Assembly: GCA_947373745.1 (NCBI GenBank) | Contig: CANBZB010000001.1 | Location: forward strand, 2,230-66,229 | Direction of reading: 5' to 3' | Origin: Burkholderiales bacterium | GTDB lineage: Bacteria; Pseudomonadota; Gammaproteobacteria; Burkholderiales; Burkholderiaceae_C | DNA length: 64,000 nt | Part shown: piece after piece, positions 26,973-37,496 of the stretch | Layout of the letters: each line of letters starts with the position of its first letter | Position numbering within the stretch: position 1 is the stretch's first letter | The notes under the pieces: model-generated | Told to the model about the DNA's origin: nothing | Databases searched by the model: none | What the model saw: the letters and a program-made list of their open reading frames with translations, nothing else | Program-made: the position numbers and the translations under genes

Positions 26973-27884
26973 ATGCAACTCAATAGCGAAGTTATCACCA
27001 CACCACCGCGTGCTTCGGCCACGGTGGTGTTGTTACGTGATGCCCCACAAAAAGGGTTAGAGGTATTTCTGTTGCGCCGCCATACCGACTCAGCTGTACT
27101 GGGCGGTGCCTACGTTTTTCCTGGTGGCAAATTAGATGAAGCAGACAGCAGCGAACATGTATTGCGTCATTTGGACAGAGACCCACACGACTTGCACCTT
27201 TCATTGGCTGAACCAGAAATTCAAACCCAAATGGCAGCAGGCCTGTATGTCGCCGCAATTCGTGAGGCCTTGGAAGAGTGTGGTGTGTTGTATGCCCGCG
27301 CACGCAATAGCGAAGCTTTGGCGCACGATAAGTTGCAACGCGCGCAATGGCAACAGCGATTACATGCTGGAGAAACTTTTGCAGATGTTTTGGCTTCTGG
27401 AGATTTGCAACTAGACACCCAGCATTTGGCGCCATGGTCTAGGTGGATCACACCGCGCATGCCTTCAGTCACCAGCAAGCGATTCGACACACGGTTTTTT
27501 GTGGCGGTGTTGCCACCCAACCAAACACCCATACACGACGATGTCGAGGCGGTTGACAGCATTTGGTTGACACCACGAGACGCGTTGTTGCGGTATTGGG
27601 ACCGTGGCATCAGCATGGCTCCACCGCAAATCATGACCTTGGTAAATTTACTGCCTTACAGCGATTGCGCGAGCGTATTACGTGCAGCGTTGGCAAGAAA
27701 ACCTTCTGCCGTGATGCCGGAAACATTCGACGCAGATGGACTCCGTCACATTTGCTATCCGGGAGATCCTCAGCACTCTATCCCAGAAAAAGCCATGCTC
27801 GGGCCTACGCGTTTGCGTTTCATAGAGGGACGCTTTGAGCCGAAAGATGGGGTGGGAGCATTTTTAGACCCTGAAGGGATCTAA
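26973..27884 (+). CDS. NUDIX hydrolase
   Basis: ASATVVLLRD, YVFPGGKLD, AAIREALEECG, WITP...KRFDTRFF. Confidence 0.9.
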   Translation: MQLNSEVITTPPRASATVVLLRDAPQKGLEVFLLRRHTDSAVLGGAYVFPGGKLDEADSSEHVLRHLDRDPHDLHLSLAEPEIQTQMAAGLYVAAIREALEECGVLYARARNSEALAHDKLQRAQWQQRLHAGETFADVLASGDLQLDTQHLAPWSRWITPRMPSVTSKRFDTRFFVAVLPPNQTPIHDDVEAVDSIWLTPRDALLRYWDRGISMAPPQIMTLVNLLPYSDCASVLRAALARKPSAVMPETFDADGLRHICYPGDPQHSIPEKAMLGPTRLRFIEGRFEPKDGVGAFLDPEGI

Positions 27885-27890
27885 AGAATT

Positions 27891-27967
27891 TGGTGGCGCT
27901 TCACGGATTCGAACCGCGGACCTGTGGATTATGATTCCATCGCTCTAACCGACTGAGCTAAAGCGCC
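27891..27967 (-). tRNA. tRNA with CAT anticodon (most likely elongator tRNA-Met)
   Basis: GGCGCTTTAGCTCAGTCGGTTAGAGCG-ATGGAATCATAATCCAC-AGGTCCGCGGTTCGAATCCGTGAAGCGCCACCA folds as a 77-nt cloverleaf with encoded CCA; Ile2 not formally excluded. Confidence 0.95.
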
Positions 27968-28031
27968 GAGCCGCAAATTATAGCGAGACTGCGGCGAGAG
28001 TTTTAAAGGGGTGTGGCAAATTTGCCGCTAT

Positions 28032-28220
28032 TCAAGTATTCACAGCGCTTTGCATAGCGCCAGACATCCTGTCGAAGTAAGTGTTAGCGGCTTTTGTGGG
28101 AACTAAAAACTTGGTATGGCGGTTTTTACCTTCAAAAGTCTGTTCAATATCTTGAATGGTATTTTTTCGACCGTCCAATGTTTGAACTATACGAAGGAAA
28201 CGCAAATATAAATCGTTCAT
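28032..28220 (-). pseudogene. Short ORF, probable internally deleted winged-helix regulator
   Basis: 62 aa; N-terminal LYLRFL and C-terminal IEQTFEGKNRHTKFLVPT resemble the ends of recalled ~110-aa MarR-like proteins found beside MASE1 genes; the middle appears absent. Confidence 0.4.
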
Positions 28221-28789
28221 AAATGGAGTGTCTTCATTCTTGAGGTGAGTAACCTTATGGCGGTGAGTACCAAAGTCGTACCGAGTAGATTGCCTAGCGC
28301 CATAACTAGCAGGCTTTGCAAAAATGCATCAGATTTTCCGTTGAAGAAAAACCAAAGTTGGTGAAGTGTTGCGCTGATCAATGCGAAAACTACAGACATT
28401 TGCAAAATGGCTTTTGGGGTGATTTTGATAAGTTCTTTATCGATGCTTAAAAAGTCAATACAAATCTTGCGCGCAAGCAAAGGGGAACCACCGGATATCA
28501 AGGCAGTAATAAGCGTGCGAGCAACTGAATCTAGATAGTAGATCTCAAGTCCAATGATGAAAGAGGCCAAAGCGATCCCGATTGCCCCGTCAACGATAGC
28601 TGTTAAAACGAGAAGAAGTTGAAAACCGCTGGGAATAAAAATCCAGTTAACACCGTATGAGAACTCATAAGTATCAAACAGCAGTTTATTAAAATAAAAA
28701 ACCAAATAGTAAAAGATCGCGCAAGCTAAAACGAGAGCAGTTCTTTTTGTGAATGTCATGTAAATTATTTTAAGCCAGGTGCTTTTCAC
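28217..28789 (-). CDS. MASE1-like membrane protein
   Basis: About five TM helices with GVNWIFIPSG and ALGNLLGT motifs. Confidence 0.65.
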   Translation of the reverse strand: MKSTWLKIIYMTFTKRTALVLACAIFYYLVFYFNKLLFDTYEFSYGVNWIFIPSGFQLLLVLTAIVDGAIGIALASFIIGLEIYYLDSVARTLITALISGGSPLLARKICIDFLSIDKELIKITPKAILQMSVVFALISATLHQLWFFFNGKSDAFLQSLLVMALGNLLGTTLVLTAIRLLTSRMKTLHL

Positions 28790-28861
28790 GGGCTACTGAG
28801 ATAATAAGCCATGCATTAATTTTGTTTTGCAAATGCATGTCTTGTCTGGATGGAGCTGTAA

Positions 28862-29305
28862 TTGAAACACAAACAATATTCTGTGCCGCAAACTGCAAGC
28901 GTGCGCATTGCGCTGAACCTCATGGTTGTGGCGACCAGCGGTTTGCTCATGATGGGACCTGCTATTGCCCAGAACAAAGATGCACAAGTTTGTAATGTGG
29001 CTGATTTCAAAATGCTTGCGCTTGCAACCAATGACGAGCAAGCGCGTGAAAAATCTGTCGGTGATTGGTTGATGAAATTCGGTAAAGCTTGTGCGGCAGA
29101 TCAGATTGGTTACATACGAACCAATTTGGCGCCTTGGTTAGGTACGGCAAATACCTTGAAGATTAATCAAAGTATTGAGAGTCTTTTGGCTGAGAAAAAA
29201 GCTACACAGAAAAATTACGATGCGGATACCAGCGAGTTAGAGAAAAACAAAAACAACCCGCTTGCCAATAAACCGCAAGCAGAGACAGTGTCTACCAGAC
29301 GCTAG
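28862..29305 (+). CDS. Hypothetical exported protein
   Basis: Signal-like segment ending PAIAQ, two Cys; start uncertain. Confidence 0.55.
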   Translation: MKHKQYSVPQTASVRIALNLMVVATSGLLMMGPAIAQNKDAQVCNVADFKMLALATNDEQAREKSVGDWLMKFGKACAADQIGYIRTNLAPWLGTANTLKINQSIESLLAEKKATQKNYDADTSELEKNKNNPLANKPQAETVSTRR

Positions 29306-29322
29306 CCCCCATCCTTCAACCT

Positions 29323-30114
29323 TCACTTTGCGCCAAAGCGTTGATTGAAAACCACTGTTGCATTGGTTTGCGTTTTTCTGTCGAGCAAGGGACTGTTCAT
29401 CAATAAACCCGTGGCACTCGATTTACCCACGCCAATCACGACGTCAATGTCTTGGGTGACCGCCACCATAGCGCCCCACAACGTATTGCTGTAGAGCGTG
29501 CCAGAGGTGGTGGGCGTGTAGGTGCTGTAGGTGTTGGAAGACCCAGCTTGCGCACTACTTACACCATAGTAGGTCTGCAAATATCTTTGATTAGCCCAAT
29601 AACGCGACACATCAATAAATGCATTGACTCGGCTGACAACGGGGATGCCCAAGGTCACGCCCCATTGCGCTAAGGCACCGTTGGTGGCTCGCAAAGCACT
29701 GCTGTAATTGCCATACACCGTGACAGCGTCTTTGATGGGTTGCCATTCGCCCCATGCATAGGCGGCGGTTGAACCTGCCACATTGCCCATACCGTTGTAT
29801 CTTGTATCGGCGGAAGCGTAGCGCCCCATCATGTAGTTGATGGAATAACCTACCTTGACTTGCTCGTTACGCACCAACCACAAGCCAAGGCCGTTTTGAA
29901 CACTGGCAAACCCTTTTGCAGTTTCGTAAGTCACGTTGATCGTTGGATCGTTTTTATAGGTCACCAGCACGCCGTTCAACAAAGATTGGTTGGAGCGGTT
30001 GATGCCGTAGGTGACTTCGAATTTATCCGCAACGCCAGTCTCTTGGGCCCACGCAAGGGGCAGAGAAAAAACTACGAGCGCGGATGCAACTAAATGTATG
30101 GTTGCAATGGACAT
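29323..30114 (-). CDS. MipA/OmpV-family outer membrane protein
   Basis: Signal peptide, alternating beta strands, YLQTYYGVSSAQA motif, VFNQRF terminus. Confidence 0.75.
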   Translation of the reverse strand: MSIATIHLVASALVVFSLPLAWAQETGVADKFEVTYGINRSNQSLLNGVLVTYKNDPTINVTYETAKGFASVQNGLGLWLVRNEQVKVGYSINYMMGRYASADTRYNGMGNVAGSTAAYAWGEWQPIKDAVTVYGNYSSALRATNGALAQWGVTLGIPVVSRVNAFIDVSRYWANQRYLQTYYGVSSAQAGSSNTYSTYTPTTSGTLYSNTLWGAMVAVTQDIDVVIGVGKSSATGLLMNSPLLDRKTQTNATVVFNQRFGAK

Positions 30115-30150
30115 AGGTCAGTAGGGCAGGGGACAACTTTGCATCGTCAA

Positions 30151-30930
30151 TTATTTGTTAGTGAAAGCAGCGGCGCGCTTATTGACAAACGCATCCATCC
30201 CCTCTTTTTGGTCTTGGGTTGCAAACAAGGCGTGGAACAAACGACGCTCAAACATCACACCGTCAGACAGCCCGCTTTCAAAGGCGCGGTTAACGGATTC
30301 TTTAGCGGCACGCGTAGCAACTTGCGAATAGCCGCAAATCATCAAGGCGGCGCCCAAGGTTTCTTCCATCAGTTTGTCTAGTGGCACCACGCGACTTACC
30401 AAGCCAGATTTTTCTGCCTCCACAGCGTCCATCATTCGGCCGGTGAGTGCTAAATCCATAGCTTTGGCTTTGCCTACGGCACGTGGCAAGCGTTGCGTGC
30501 CACCCGCGCCTGGGATGATGCCGAGTTTGATTTCGGGTTGGCCAAATTTGGCGTTGTCTGCAGCGATGATGAAGTCACACATCATGGCCAATTCACATCC
30601 ACCACCCAAGGCAAAACCGCTGACTGCCGCGATGACGGGTTTACGCACAGAGCGAATAATTTCCCAATTGCGGGTGATGTAGTCATTCACATATACATCT
30701 GCAAAGCTGTAAGTGGCCATGGCACCAATATCGGCGCCGGCGGCAAACGCTTTTTCGCTGCCTGTGATGACCATGCAACCGATAGCGGGGTTGTCGTCGA
30801 ATGCTTTGAGTGCGGCACCCAACTCGGTCATGAGTTGCTCGTTAAGTGCATTCAATTGTTTAGGACGGTTAAGGGTGACGACGCCCACTTTGTCAGCATC
30901 GATGCGGGTTTGAATCATTTCGTAGGTCAT
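30151..30930 (-). CDS. paaF: Enoyl-CoA hydratase (PaaF-like)
   Basis: [40 protein letters not shown]; start ATG 30930. Confidence 0.85.
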   Translation of the reverse strand: MTYEMIQTRIDADKVGVVTLNRPKQLNALNEQLMTELGAALKAFDDNPAIGCMVITGSEKAFAAGADIGAMATYSFADVYVNDYITRNWEIIRSVRKPVIAAVSGFALGGGCELAMMCDFIIAADNAKFGQPEIKLGIIPGAGGTQRLPRAVGKAKAMDLALTGRMMDAVEAEKSGLVSRVVPLDKLMEETLGAALMICGYSQVATRAAKESVNRAFESGLSDGVMFERRLFHALFATQDQKEGMDAFVNKRAAAFTNK

Positions 30931-30970
30931 GAAAATTCTCTGGTAGTGGAAGTGGAGTTGAAAAAAGCCA

Positions 30971-32569
30971 TCAAGGCACGTAATGAAACACAGCATACCC
31001 AAAGGCCAATGGCTGAGGAAAACGCCAGCCTTGGCGTGTCAGGTCGTAAACAATGGGCGTGGTGTCTTGTTTTTGCGCCTGCATCCATTGCATGGTGTTT
31101 TGGACGCAAGCGTTAGAAAGCAACTGCGCTTCAGTCGGATGCCCCTTGCCGAGGTCGCAAACGATCACGCCGCCTTTTGACTGCCAACCTATGACAGGCG
31201 ATACAGAAGCCTCCCTGCTATCAGGTAAGTTGGGTAATGCTTGTATTTTTGGATCAGCATAAAAGCCCACCATTGCGTTCAAGCCCCAGTCGCCAGCGGA
31301 CCATTGCAAGGGCACATCAGGATGGCGCTTTTGCCAATCTGAAGCGAGCTTATGGCTGGCTATTTCAATCGGACGGTAATACTCTTCATGGCCCTCGTTG
31401 GCCCAGTAGACCGTGAGTGCCGAACCCAAGACTGCTAATACGACCAAGCCCTTAATCGTCCAAATATGCATAGTTGACAACACTTGGTCTAGCGTCGAAT
31501 TCGTTGACTGGAGAGACAAATTTCGCAGCCACATCAAGCTAAAAGCAAAACCAAGCGGTATCGCCCAAGGTGCTTCTGGAGTCACCACATCGCACACACC
31601 AAACAGGACTGTGGTGAGTACAGGAACCCACGAGAACCAAAACAATGCGTCGTCCCAACCATTAGGACGCAGGGCGACGAAGAGATTTTTTCCAAACTGA
31701 GCAAGCCGAATCCCCTTTGCAGCAGGGTTAGCCCAGGCAAACAGAGCCGCACTAGCCAACCAAGCAGGAGAAACATAGAGCAAAGGCATGAAGCAAAATT
31801 TCAAAATACGCATCCACAAAATGGACTCATCCGATTGCTCGCTGGCGTAAATAAATGTGGCAAAGTCGTGAGCGGCCAGCCATTGGTAGTGTGGATACAT
31901 TCCAAATGCAAAAACTACCAGGGCTATGTACGGCCAAGGTGTGAATAGCCATTGACGCCCCTCGCGTCGAAATAAGGCAACCACCAGCAAGGACAGTAAA
32001 AAAACGCCGCTGTAATACTTACTCAGCATGCAAGCGGCAGAGAGTGCGCCTAATGCCACAGCCATGAACAAAGCGCGTAAACCTTGCGCAGTCAATGCGC
32101 GCAAAAAGATGACTGCTGCCCAAGGCCAAAGCGATAAGAGTTGTGCATTGGCATTGAACTTCGCGGCCAAGGTTGTGTAAGGAAAACTCAGCAACAACAA
32201 AAATACAGCGGCATGGCTTAAGCGTGACAGTCCTAGTTGACGCGCCAAAGCTGCCACGCCGGCCAAGCCGACTGCCACATTGGCATAAGCCAGCGCTTTG
32301 TAAGACAAATCTGAAATCGGAAAAACCTTGAACCAAGCGCCTACCACCCAAGCAAAAAAAGGTGGGTGTTTGAAAGTTCCCCAGGCCATAGCCTGTGACC
32401 AACCGTAGTTTTCCAGCATGTCGTAATAGCTGTCTAGGTTGGGCTCAGACAGCCATTGCAAAAAGGTCCACAGCATGCAATAGGCAAGGATGACTGGCCC
32501 CGTACGATAGGGCGAAGGGGAGTTCAATGCGATTCGGTTTGACAACAGTGGGTCCAGTGAGCGATTCAT
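30971..32569 (-). CDS. GT-C fold glycosyltransferase (ArnT/PMT_2-like)
   Basis: YYDMLENY.W...[15 protein letters not shown], many TM helices, periplasmic C-terminal domain. Confidence 0.85.
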   Translation of the reverse strand: MNRSLDPLLSNRIALNSPSPYRTGPVILAYCMLWTFLQWLSEPNLDSYYDMLENYGWSQAMAWGTFKHPPFFAWVVGAWFKVFPISDLSYKALAYANVAVGLAGVAALARQLGLSRLSHAAVFLLLLSFPYTTLAAKFNANAQLLSLWPWAAVIFLRALTAQGLRALFMAVALGALSAACMLSKYYSGVFLLSLLVVALFRREGRQWLFTPWPYIALVVFAFGMYPHYQWLAAHDFATFIYASEQSDESILWMRILKFCFMPLLYVSPAWLASAALFAWANPAAKGIRLAQFGKNLFVALRPNGWDDALFWFSWVPVLTTVLFGVCDVVTPEAPWAIPLGFAFSLMWLRNLSLQSTNSTLDQVLSTMHIWTIKGLVVLAVLGSALTVYWANEGHEEYYRPIEIASHKLASDWQKRHPDVPLQWSAGDWGLNAMVGFYADPKIQALPNLPDSREASVSPVIGWQSKGGVIVCDLGKGHPTEAQLLSNACVQNTMQWMQAQKQDTTPIVYDLTRQGWRFPQPLAFGYAVFHYVP

Positions 32570-32682
32570 AAATGCGTAAACCGCGTGGGCTAGGCTGCCA
32601 CGCGCACAAATCCCGCCAATCTTACTGGCTGGGTGATACCATGCCCGCCATTCTTGCTCCTATTTCCCTACGCGCACACACC

Positions 32683-33813
32683 ATGAGTTCTACCCACGAG
32701 CAGCCCAAGAGCCCCGACCATGGGATGACTTTGGCGGTCGTCATTCCCACCTTCAACGAATCGCTCAATGTGGGCGTGCTGATCGAGCGCTTGCACACTA
32801 CCTTGCAAGGGGTGTCATGGGAGGCGGTCTTTGTGGATGACGATTCGCCGGACGGCACGGTGCAGCGTTTGCGTGAATTAGCCGCTACCGATCCGCATGT
32901 GCGCTGCATTCGACGTGTAGGCAGACGTGGTCTCTCGAGCGCGTGTGTGGAAGGCATGCTTTCCACCAGCGCCCCTTACATCGCGGTGATGGACGCTGAT
33001 CTGCAACATGACGAAACCTTGTTGCCCACCATGCTGGCCGCTTTGCGCGATGAGCCCTATGACCTCGCGATTGGCACCCGCTATATGGAAGGCGGTAGCG
33101 TGGGTGACTGGGATGACAGTCGCCGAAACACCAGCCTATTTGCGACCACTTTGAGCCAACGCTTATTAGGCTTGACGATCAAAGACCCGATGAGCGGGTT
33201 TTTTATGCTGCGCCGCCATGTGATCGAAGACGCGGTTTATAACCTCTCGAGCATGGGATTCAAAATTTTGGTGGATGTAGTGGTCTCTTCACCTAAGACT
33301 TTGCGGATTAAAGAAATTCCATTTCGCTTTGGCCTGCGGGTAGCCGGTGAGAGCAAACTAGACAACCGCGTGGCATGGGATTACCTCATGCTCTTGGCCG
33401 ACAAAACCGTCGGTCGTTACGTGCCTGTGCAATTGCTGTCGTTTGCCAGTGTGGGTGCGCTGGGGGTATTGGTGCACTTGAGTATTTTGTGGACGGGCAT
33501 GAGTTTGCTGGCTTTGCCGTTTGTTGTTGCGCAAACCTCGGCGGTGTTGATTTCTATGGTGTTCAACTTCTTTCTGAATAACGCATTAACTTACCGTGAC
33601 AAACAACTACACGGATGGGCATGGTGGGGTGGTTTGGTCAAGTTCATGCTGGCCTGCGGCATGGGTGCAGCCTCAAATGTCGGCGTTGCCTCCTACATAT
33701 ACAGCGACTGGGGTTATTGGCTGTTCTCGGGCTTAGCTGGCATTTTGGTGGGGTTGATGTGGAACTACGTGACCACCTCACTTTTTGTTTGGCCACAAAA
33801 ACGTAAAGGCTGA
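32683..33813 (+). CDS. GT2 polyprenol-phosphate-sugar synthase fused to GtrA-like flippase
   Basis: VVIPTFNE, VDDDSPDGT, MDADLQH, DPMSGFF, GESKL; C-terminal FNFFLNNALTYRD...WNYV GtrA domain. Confidence 0.92.
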   Translation: MSSTHEQPKSPDHGMTLAVVIPTFNESLNVGVLIERLHTTLQGVSWEAVFVDDDSPDGTVQRLRELAATDPHVRCIRRVGRRGLSSACVEGMLSTSAPYIAVMDADLQHDETLLPTMLAALRDEPYDLAIGTRYMEGGSVGDWDDSRRNTSLFATTLSQRLLGLTIKDPMSGFFMLRRHVIEDAVYNLSSMGFKILVDVVVSSPKTLRIKEIPFRFGLRVAGESKLDNRVAWDYLMLLADKTVGRYVPVQLLSFASVGALGVLVHLSILWTGMSLLALPFVVAQTSAVLISMVFNFFLNNALTYRDKQLHGWAWWGGLVKFMLACGMGAASNVGVASYIYSDWGYWLFSGLAGILVGLMWNYVTTSLFVWPQKRKG

Positions 33814-35338
33814 TGTGACGCGTTGGTCCCCCAGAGTTTTGATGGGTGTTGGTTTAGGTGTTGTCGTGCACCTTTTAATGGGTGCGTTCATCGATCTATC
33901 GCCAGATGAAGCGCATTACGCGCTTTATGCGTCTCACTTGGACTGGAGTTATTACGATCACCCTCCCTTGGTAGGTTGGTTGCAGTGGGTTTTTTTGCAG
34001 ACCGGCGGAGCAAATATAGCGATGCGTGTAGTGCCAATGCTGGCATGGGTGCTAACTGCTTGGGGTGTGATGCGTTTGAGTGACGCGTTGTATCCGCAAA
34101 TCGCCCAGAGCTCTGTGTTGGGTTTGCGAATGGATTTGTTGTTGCTGTTGCTAAGCCCCATCCCGCATTTGTTGGGATTCGCCTTAACACCAGATACTTT
34201 GCTCATGCCCCTCACTTGTTGGGTGATGTGGCTAACTTGGCAACTGTGTCAGCCGGATGCGGTGCCATCCCCAAAACCTGCTCAAAGGCACTCCAATAAG
34301 CATGTAGATATCCATTCGAATCGGCTAATGACGTGGCTTTTGTTGGGCCTTGCCTTAGGGCTAGCAGGCTTGGCCAAATACACCGCAGTACTTTTGGCTT
34401 TAGGCGTGGTGTTGGTCTTATGTCGCTACAGGGGTTGGCGTTGGTTGTTACAACTGGGCCCTTGGCTGGCTTTTGCACTGGCTTTTCTGTGTGTGATGCC
34501 GGTCCTTTACTGGAACGCGATCCACGATTGGGCATCGTTTGTTTACCAAGCGAATCATGCAGCAGGTACGCAAGCATGGCAGGCGCGCAAGCTCTTGCTT
34601 TATGTTGTAGTGGTTGTCATTTCATTTGGTTTGCTAGTCCCCTGGGCTTTGCGGCATGTTGCGCCCCGTTTCTTTGTGGCATCTTTTGGGCTTCCCGGTG
34701 TTTTGCTGTTGTTCTACCTATCCGGTAGAGGAAGTACTTTGCCGCACTGGATAGCACCTTTCTTTGTAGCTATGTTGCCTATGGTTGCCGCAGGCGCGGT
34801 GGTGTTGGTTGCCAAGCATTCGCGTACCGTGCGACTTGTACTGGTTGTACAAGCTTTGATTTGTATGGCAATGTTCGCCTTGATGTTGGCAGGGGGATTC
34901 GCATCTGAAAGCGACAAACAATCCCGCACAGCCCCTGGGGTTGGTGTCGACGAAGCCCCCAAAAATCCATTTGCAGATTTGCATGGGTGGTCGCAAGCGG
35001 CAGAGCGCGGCATGCATTGGGCCAAAGAAAAAAATGTATCCACTTTGGCCGTGACCAATTGGACACTGGCCAGCCGCATTGCGTGGTACGCCCGTCCCAT
35101 ACCCGTAAAAGTTGTAAATGCCCACGGCGACCAATTCGATATTTGGTTTGGTCGATTTGCAGCGCATGAAGATGCGATTTGGATCGATTGGTCTTTGATG
35201 AGCTTTACGCCGCCAGTCAGCGATAAGCAGTTTGCCCGCTGTGATGTGCTGGAGAACTTATCTGTGCAGGTTGCTGGTCGTCAGATTGCGCACTTCAACC
35301 TATCGCATTGTCAAGATTGGCAAGGGCCTAGCGAATGA
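33785..35338 (+). CDS. GT-C fold glycosyltransferase (ArnT/PMT_2-like)
   Basis: DEAHY...LDWSYYDHPPLVGW, TPD, GLAKYTA; start may be GTG 33815. Confidence 0.88.
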   Translation: MFGHKNVKADVTRWSPRVLMGVGLGVVVHLLMGAFIDLSPDEAHYALYASHLDWSYYDHPPLVGWLQWVFLQTGGANIAMRVVPMLAWVLTAWGVMRLSDALYPQIAQSSVLGLRMDLLLLLLSPIPHLLGFALTPDTLLMPLTCWVMWLTWQLCQPDAVPSPKPAQRHSNKHVDIHSNRLMTWLLLGLALGLAGLAKYTAVLLALGVVLVLCRYRGWRWLLQLGPWLAFALAFLCVMPVLYWNAIHDWASFVYQANHAAGTQAWQARKLLLYVVVVVISFGLLVPWALRHVAPRFFVASFGLPGVLLLFYLSGRGSTLPHWIAPFFVAMLPMVAAGAVVLVAKHSRTVRLVLVVQALICMAMFALMLAGGFASESDKQSRTAPGVGVDEAPKNPFADLHGWSQAAERGMHWAKEKNVSTLAVTNWTLASRIAWYARPIPVKVVNAHGDQFDIWFGRFAAHEDAIWIDWSLMSFTPPVSDKQFARCDVLENLSVQVAGRQIAHFNLSHCQDWQGPSE

Positions 35339-36159
35339 GTGCGGTAGTCGCTGGCATTGGGCTTTTGCTTGCAATTATTTTGCAAGTCAACAAGGTGCAA
35401 CAAGCGGCGATATTTTTGGCCTTCAATGCTGCCACAGTTGACAACCCGCAGCTATGGGCAGGTCTAACTTTTTTAGGCGATACCGCAGTCATGTTGTGTG
35501 TGATGGCACCTGTATTGCTGATGCGGCCTAGCATTTGGGTTGCTATCTTGTGCGCCATTCCAGCAGGAGGACTCACTTCTCTGACACTGAAATGGTTTTT
35601 TGATGCGCCACGTCCTGCCGATGTATTGGCGTTGACAGACTTTCATGTTGTTGGTTCTGTGTTGCGTGGTCACAGTTTCCCATCTGGGCACACTATCACC
35701 GCGTTTGCAGCGGCTGGTGTAGTGTGGGCTTGCGTATGGTTTGTGCAAAGAAAAAACTTAACAAATCAGAGCTCTGCGGCTATTCAAGAAAGCAATTCAA
35801 ATTTGCATGTGTTGGCATGGTCAGCGCTAGCTCTGGTGTTTCTTATCGCTGTTTTAGTGGGTGTATCGCGTATAGCTGTGGGCGCACATTGGCCATTTGA
35901 TGTGTTGGCTGGCGCATGTGTAGGTTGGTTAGCTGGACTCCATGGTGCTTACATCGCGCACCGTTGGCACAGTGCTTGGCACACCACCAAGAGCATTTGG
36001 TTATTGCATTTCTTATGTTGCGCCCTTAGTTTGGATCTGCTCAATAGAACCTTTGAAGAACCTGTCGGCGTTTATATGCTGTGGCTGGGCGTTGTCTTCG
36101 CATGGGGTGCACTGACGGTGAAATGTTTGCAAGCAATAATTTCTGCGGGTAAACATTAA
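35335..36159 (+). CDS. PAP2-family phosphatase
   Basis: K..FDAPRP, SFPSGH, SRIAVGAHWPFDVLAG catalytic motifs. Confidence 0.92.
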   Translation: MSAVVAGIGLLLAIILQVNKVQQAAIFLAFNAATVDNPQLWAGLTFLGDTAVMLCVMAPVLLMRPSIWVAILCAIPAGGLTSLTLKWFFDAPRPADVLALTDFHVVGSVLRGHSFPSGHTITAFAAAGVVWACVWFVQRKNLTNQSSAAIQESNSNLHVLAWSALALVFLIAVLVGVSRIAVGAHWPFDVLAGACVGWLAGLHGAYIAHRWHSAWHTTKSIWLLHFLCCALSLDLLNRTFEEPVGVYMLWLGVVFAWGALTVKCLQAIISAGKH

Positions 36160-36228
36160 CCAACCGATTGGTCGGTGAATGGTAAATTCACTAGCCTCCC
36201 CCATCTTGCAAGCCAGCATCTATTCACT

Positions 36229-37056
36229 ATGACAGACACTAAATCTTCTGACACAGCAAACAGTCACGCGCGCAGCGTTTTATATGAAGCCCGAGGTGCA
36301 GTGGCCTTGGTTACGCTGAATAGACCACAGTCACTCAACAGCTTCACGCGCCAAATGCACCACGACTTGTGGGCCGCCTTAGACCTTGCAGAGTCTGATG
36401 AAAAAATTCGCACACTGGTGATAACTGGCGCCGGTCGCGGTTTTTGTGCGGGCGCTGATTTGTCCGAATTCGATTTCACGCCAGGCCCTGATTTAGTTAA
36501 ACGTGCAGACCCGGGCCCTGTCATTGACCAAGCCTTCAACCCGACCGCACGCCGCTTACAAAATTTGCGTATGCCGACGATCGCTGCCATCAATGGTGTG
36601 GCAGCCGGCGCAGGCGCATCATTGGCGATGTGCTGCGACATAGCGATTGCAGTGCCAAATGCTAGTTTTATCCAAGCGTTTAGCAAAATCGGTTTGATTC
36701 CGGACGCGGGTGGCAGTTGGTTGTTGGTGGAGCGTTTAGGCATGGCACGCGCCATGGCTTTGGCATTGACCGGTGACAAACTGTCTGCTGACAAAGCCAA
36801 AGAATGGGGGCTGATTTGGGAGGTGGCGGAAGACAGCGTAGCCTCAGCATTGGAATTGGCCGAGCGTTTGGCTGTGATGCCAACCAAAGCCTTAGTGGCA
36901 ACGCGTCATTTGTTGCGCGAAGCAGGCACGCGCACCTTCAGCCAGCACCTTGACGTTGAGCGCGATACCCAATCCGAGATGGGCCGTACACACGATTACA
37001 TCGAAGGCGTCAACGCGTTTTTGCAAAAGCGTGCCCCCATATTTAAAGGCGAGTAA
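36229..37056 (+). CDS. paaG: 2-(1,2-epoxy-1,2-dihydrophenyl)acetyl-CoA isomerase
   Basis: Crotonase fold, GRGFCAGADL, GLIPDAGG; precedes paaI and paaK. Confidence 0.85.
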   Translation: MTDTKSSDTANSHARSVLYEARGAVALVTLNRPQSLNSFTRQMHHDLWAALDLAESDEKIRTLVITGAGRGFCAGADLSEFDFTPGPDLVKRADPGPVIDQAFNPTARRLQNLRMPTIAAINGVAAGAGASLAMCCDIAIAVPNASFIQAFSKIGLIPDAGGSWLLVERLGMARAMALALTGDKLSADKAKEWGLIWEVAEDSVASALELAERLAVMPTKALVATRHLLREAGTRTFSQHLDVERDTQSEMGRTHDYIEGVNAFLQKRAPIFKGE

Positions 37057-37061
37057 GCGAG

Positions 37062-37496
37062 ATGGATGCACAAGCCCAAACACTCGCCGAACAAGTTGGC
37101 AAAACCATGTACGCGGTTGATACCGCCACCAAAGACACCATGGGTATTACGCTGCAAGAGTGCGCGCCCGGCCGCGCGACCATGCGTATGGAGGTCAAGC
37201 CCTTGCATTTGAATGGCCATCAAATTTGCCATGGTGGTTTTATTTTTACCTTGGCGGATTCCACATTTGCATTTGCTTGTAACAGTTACAACAAAGTTGC
37301 AGTGGCCGCTGGTTGCAGCATTGAATTTTTAAAACCTGCACATGTGGGTGATGTATTGACTTGCGTAGGTATTGAACAAACCTTGTCTGGCAGACACGGC
37401 ATTTACGATATGCGTGTAACTAACCAACATGGTGACACCATCGCGATGTTTCGCGGAAAGAGTGCGCAAATTCAAGGTACGGTGATTCCAGCATGA
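37062..37496 (+). CDS. paaI: Hydroxyphenylacetyl-CoA thioesterase
   Basis: HLNGHQICHGGFIFTLADSTFAFACNS. Confidence 0.93.
   Translation: MDAQAQTLAEQVGKTMYAVDTATKDTMGITLQECAPGRATMRMEVKPLHLNGHQICHGGFIFTLADSTFAFACNSYNKVAVAAGCSIEFLKPAHVGDVLTCVGIEQTLSGRHGIYDMRVTNQHGDTIAMFRGKSAQIQGTVIPA

Noticed and set aside
27891-27967. A at position 32 and an A-C mismatch at the top of the anticodon stem
   Set aside because: The GGAATCATAATCC anticodon arm is, from recall, common in proteobacterial elongator tRNA-Met; not considered novel.
27891-30114. tRNA-integrated mobile element
   Set aside because: No integrase, no duplicated tRNA 3' end seen, and the islet lies on the 5' side of the tRNA.
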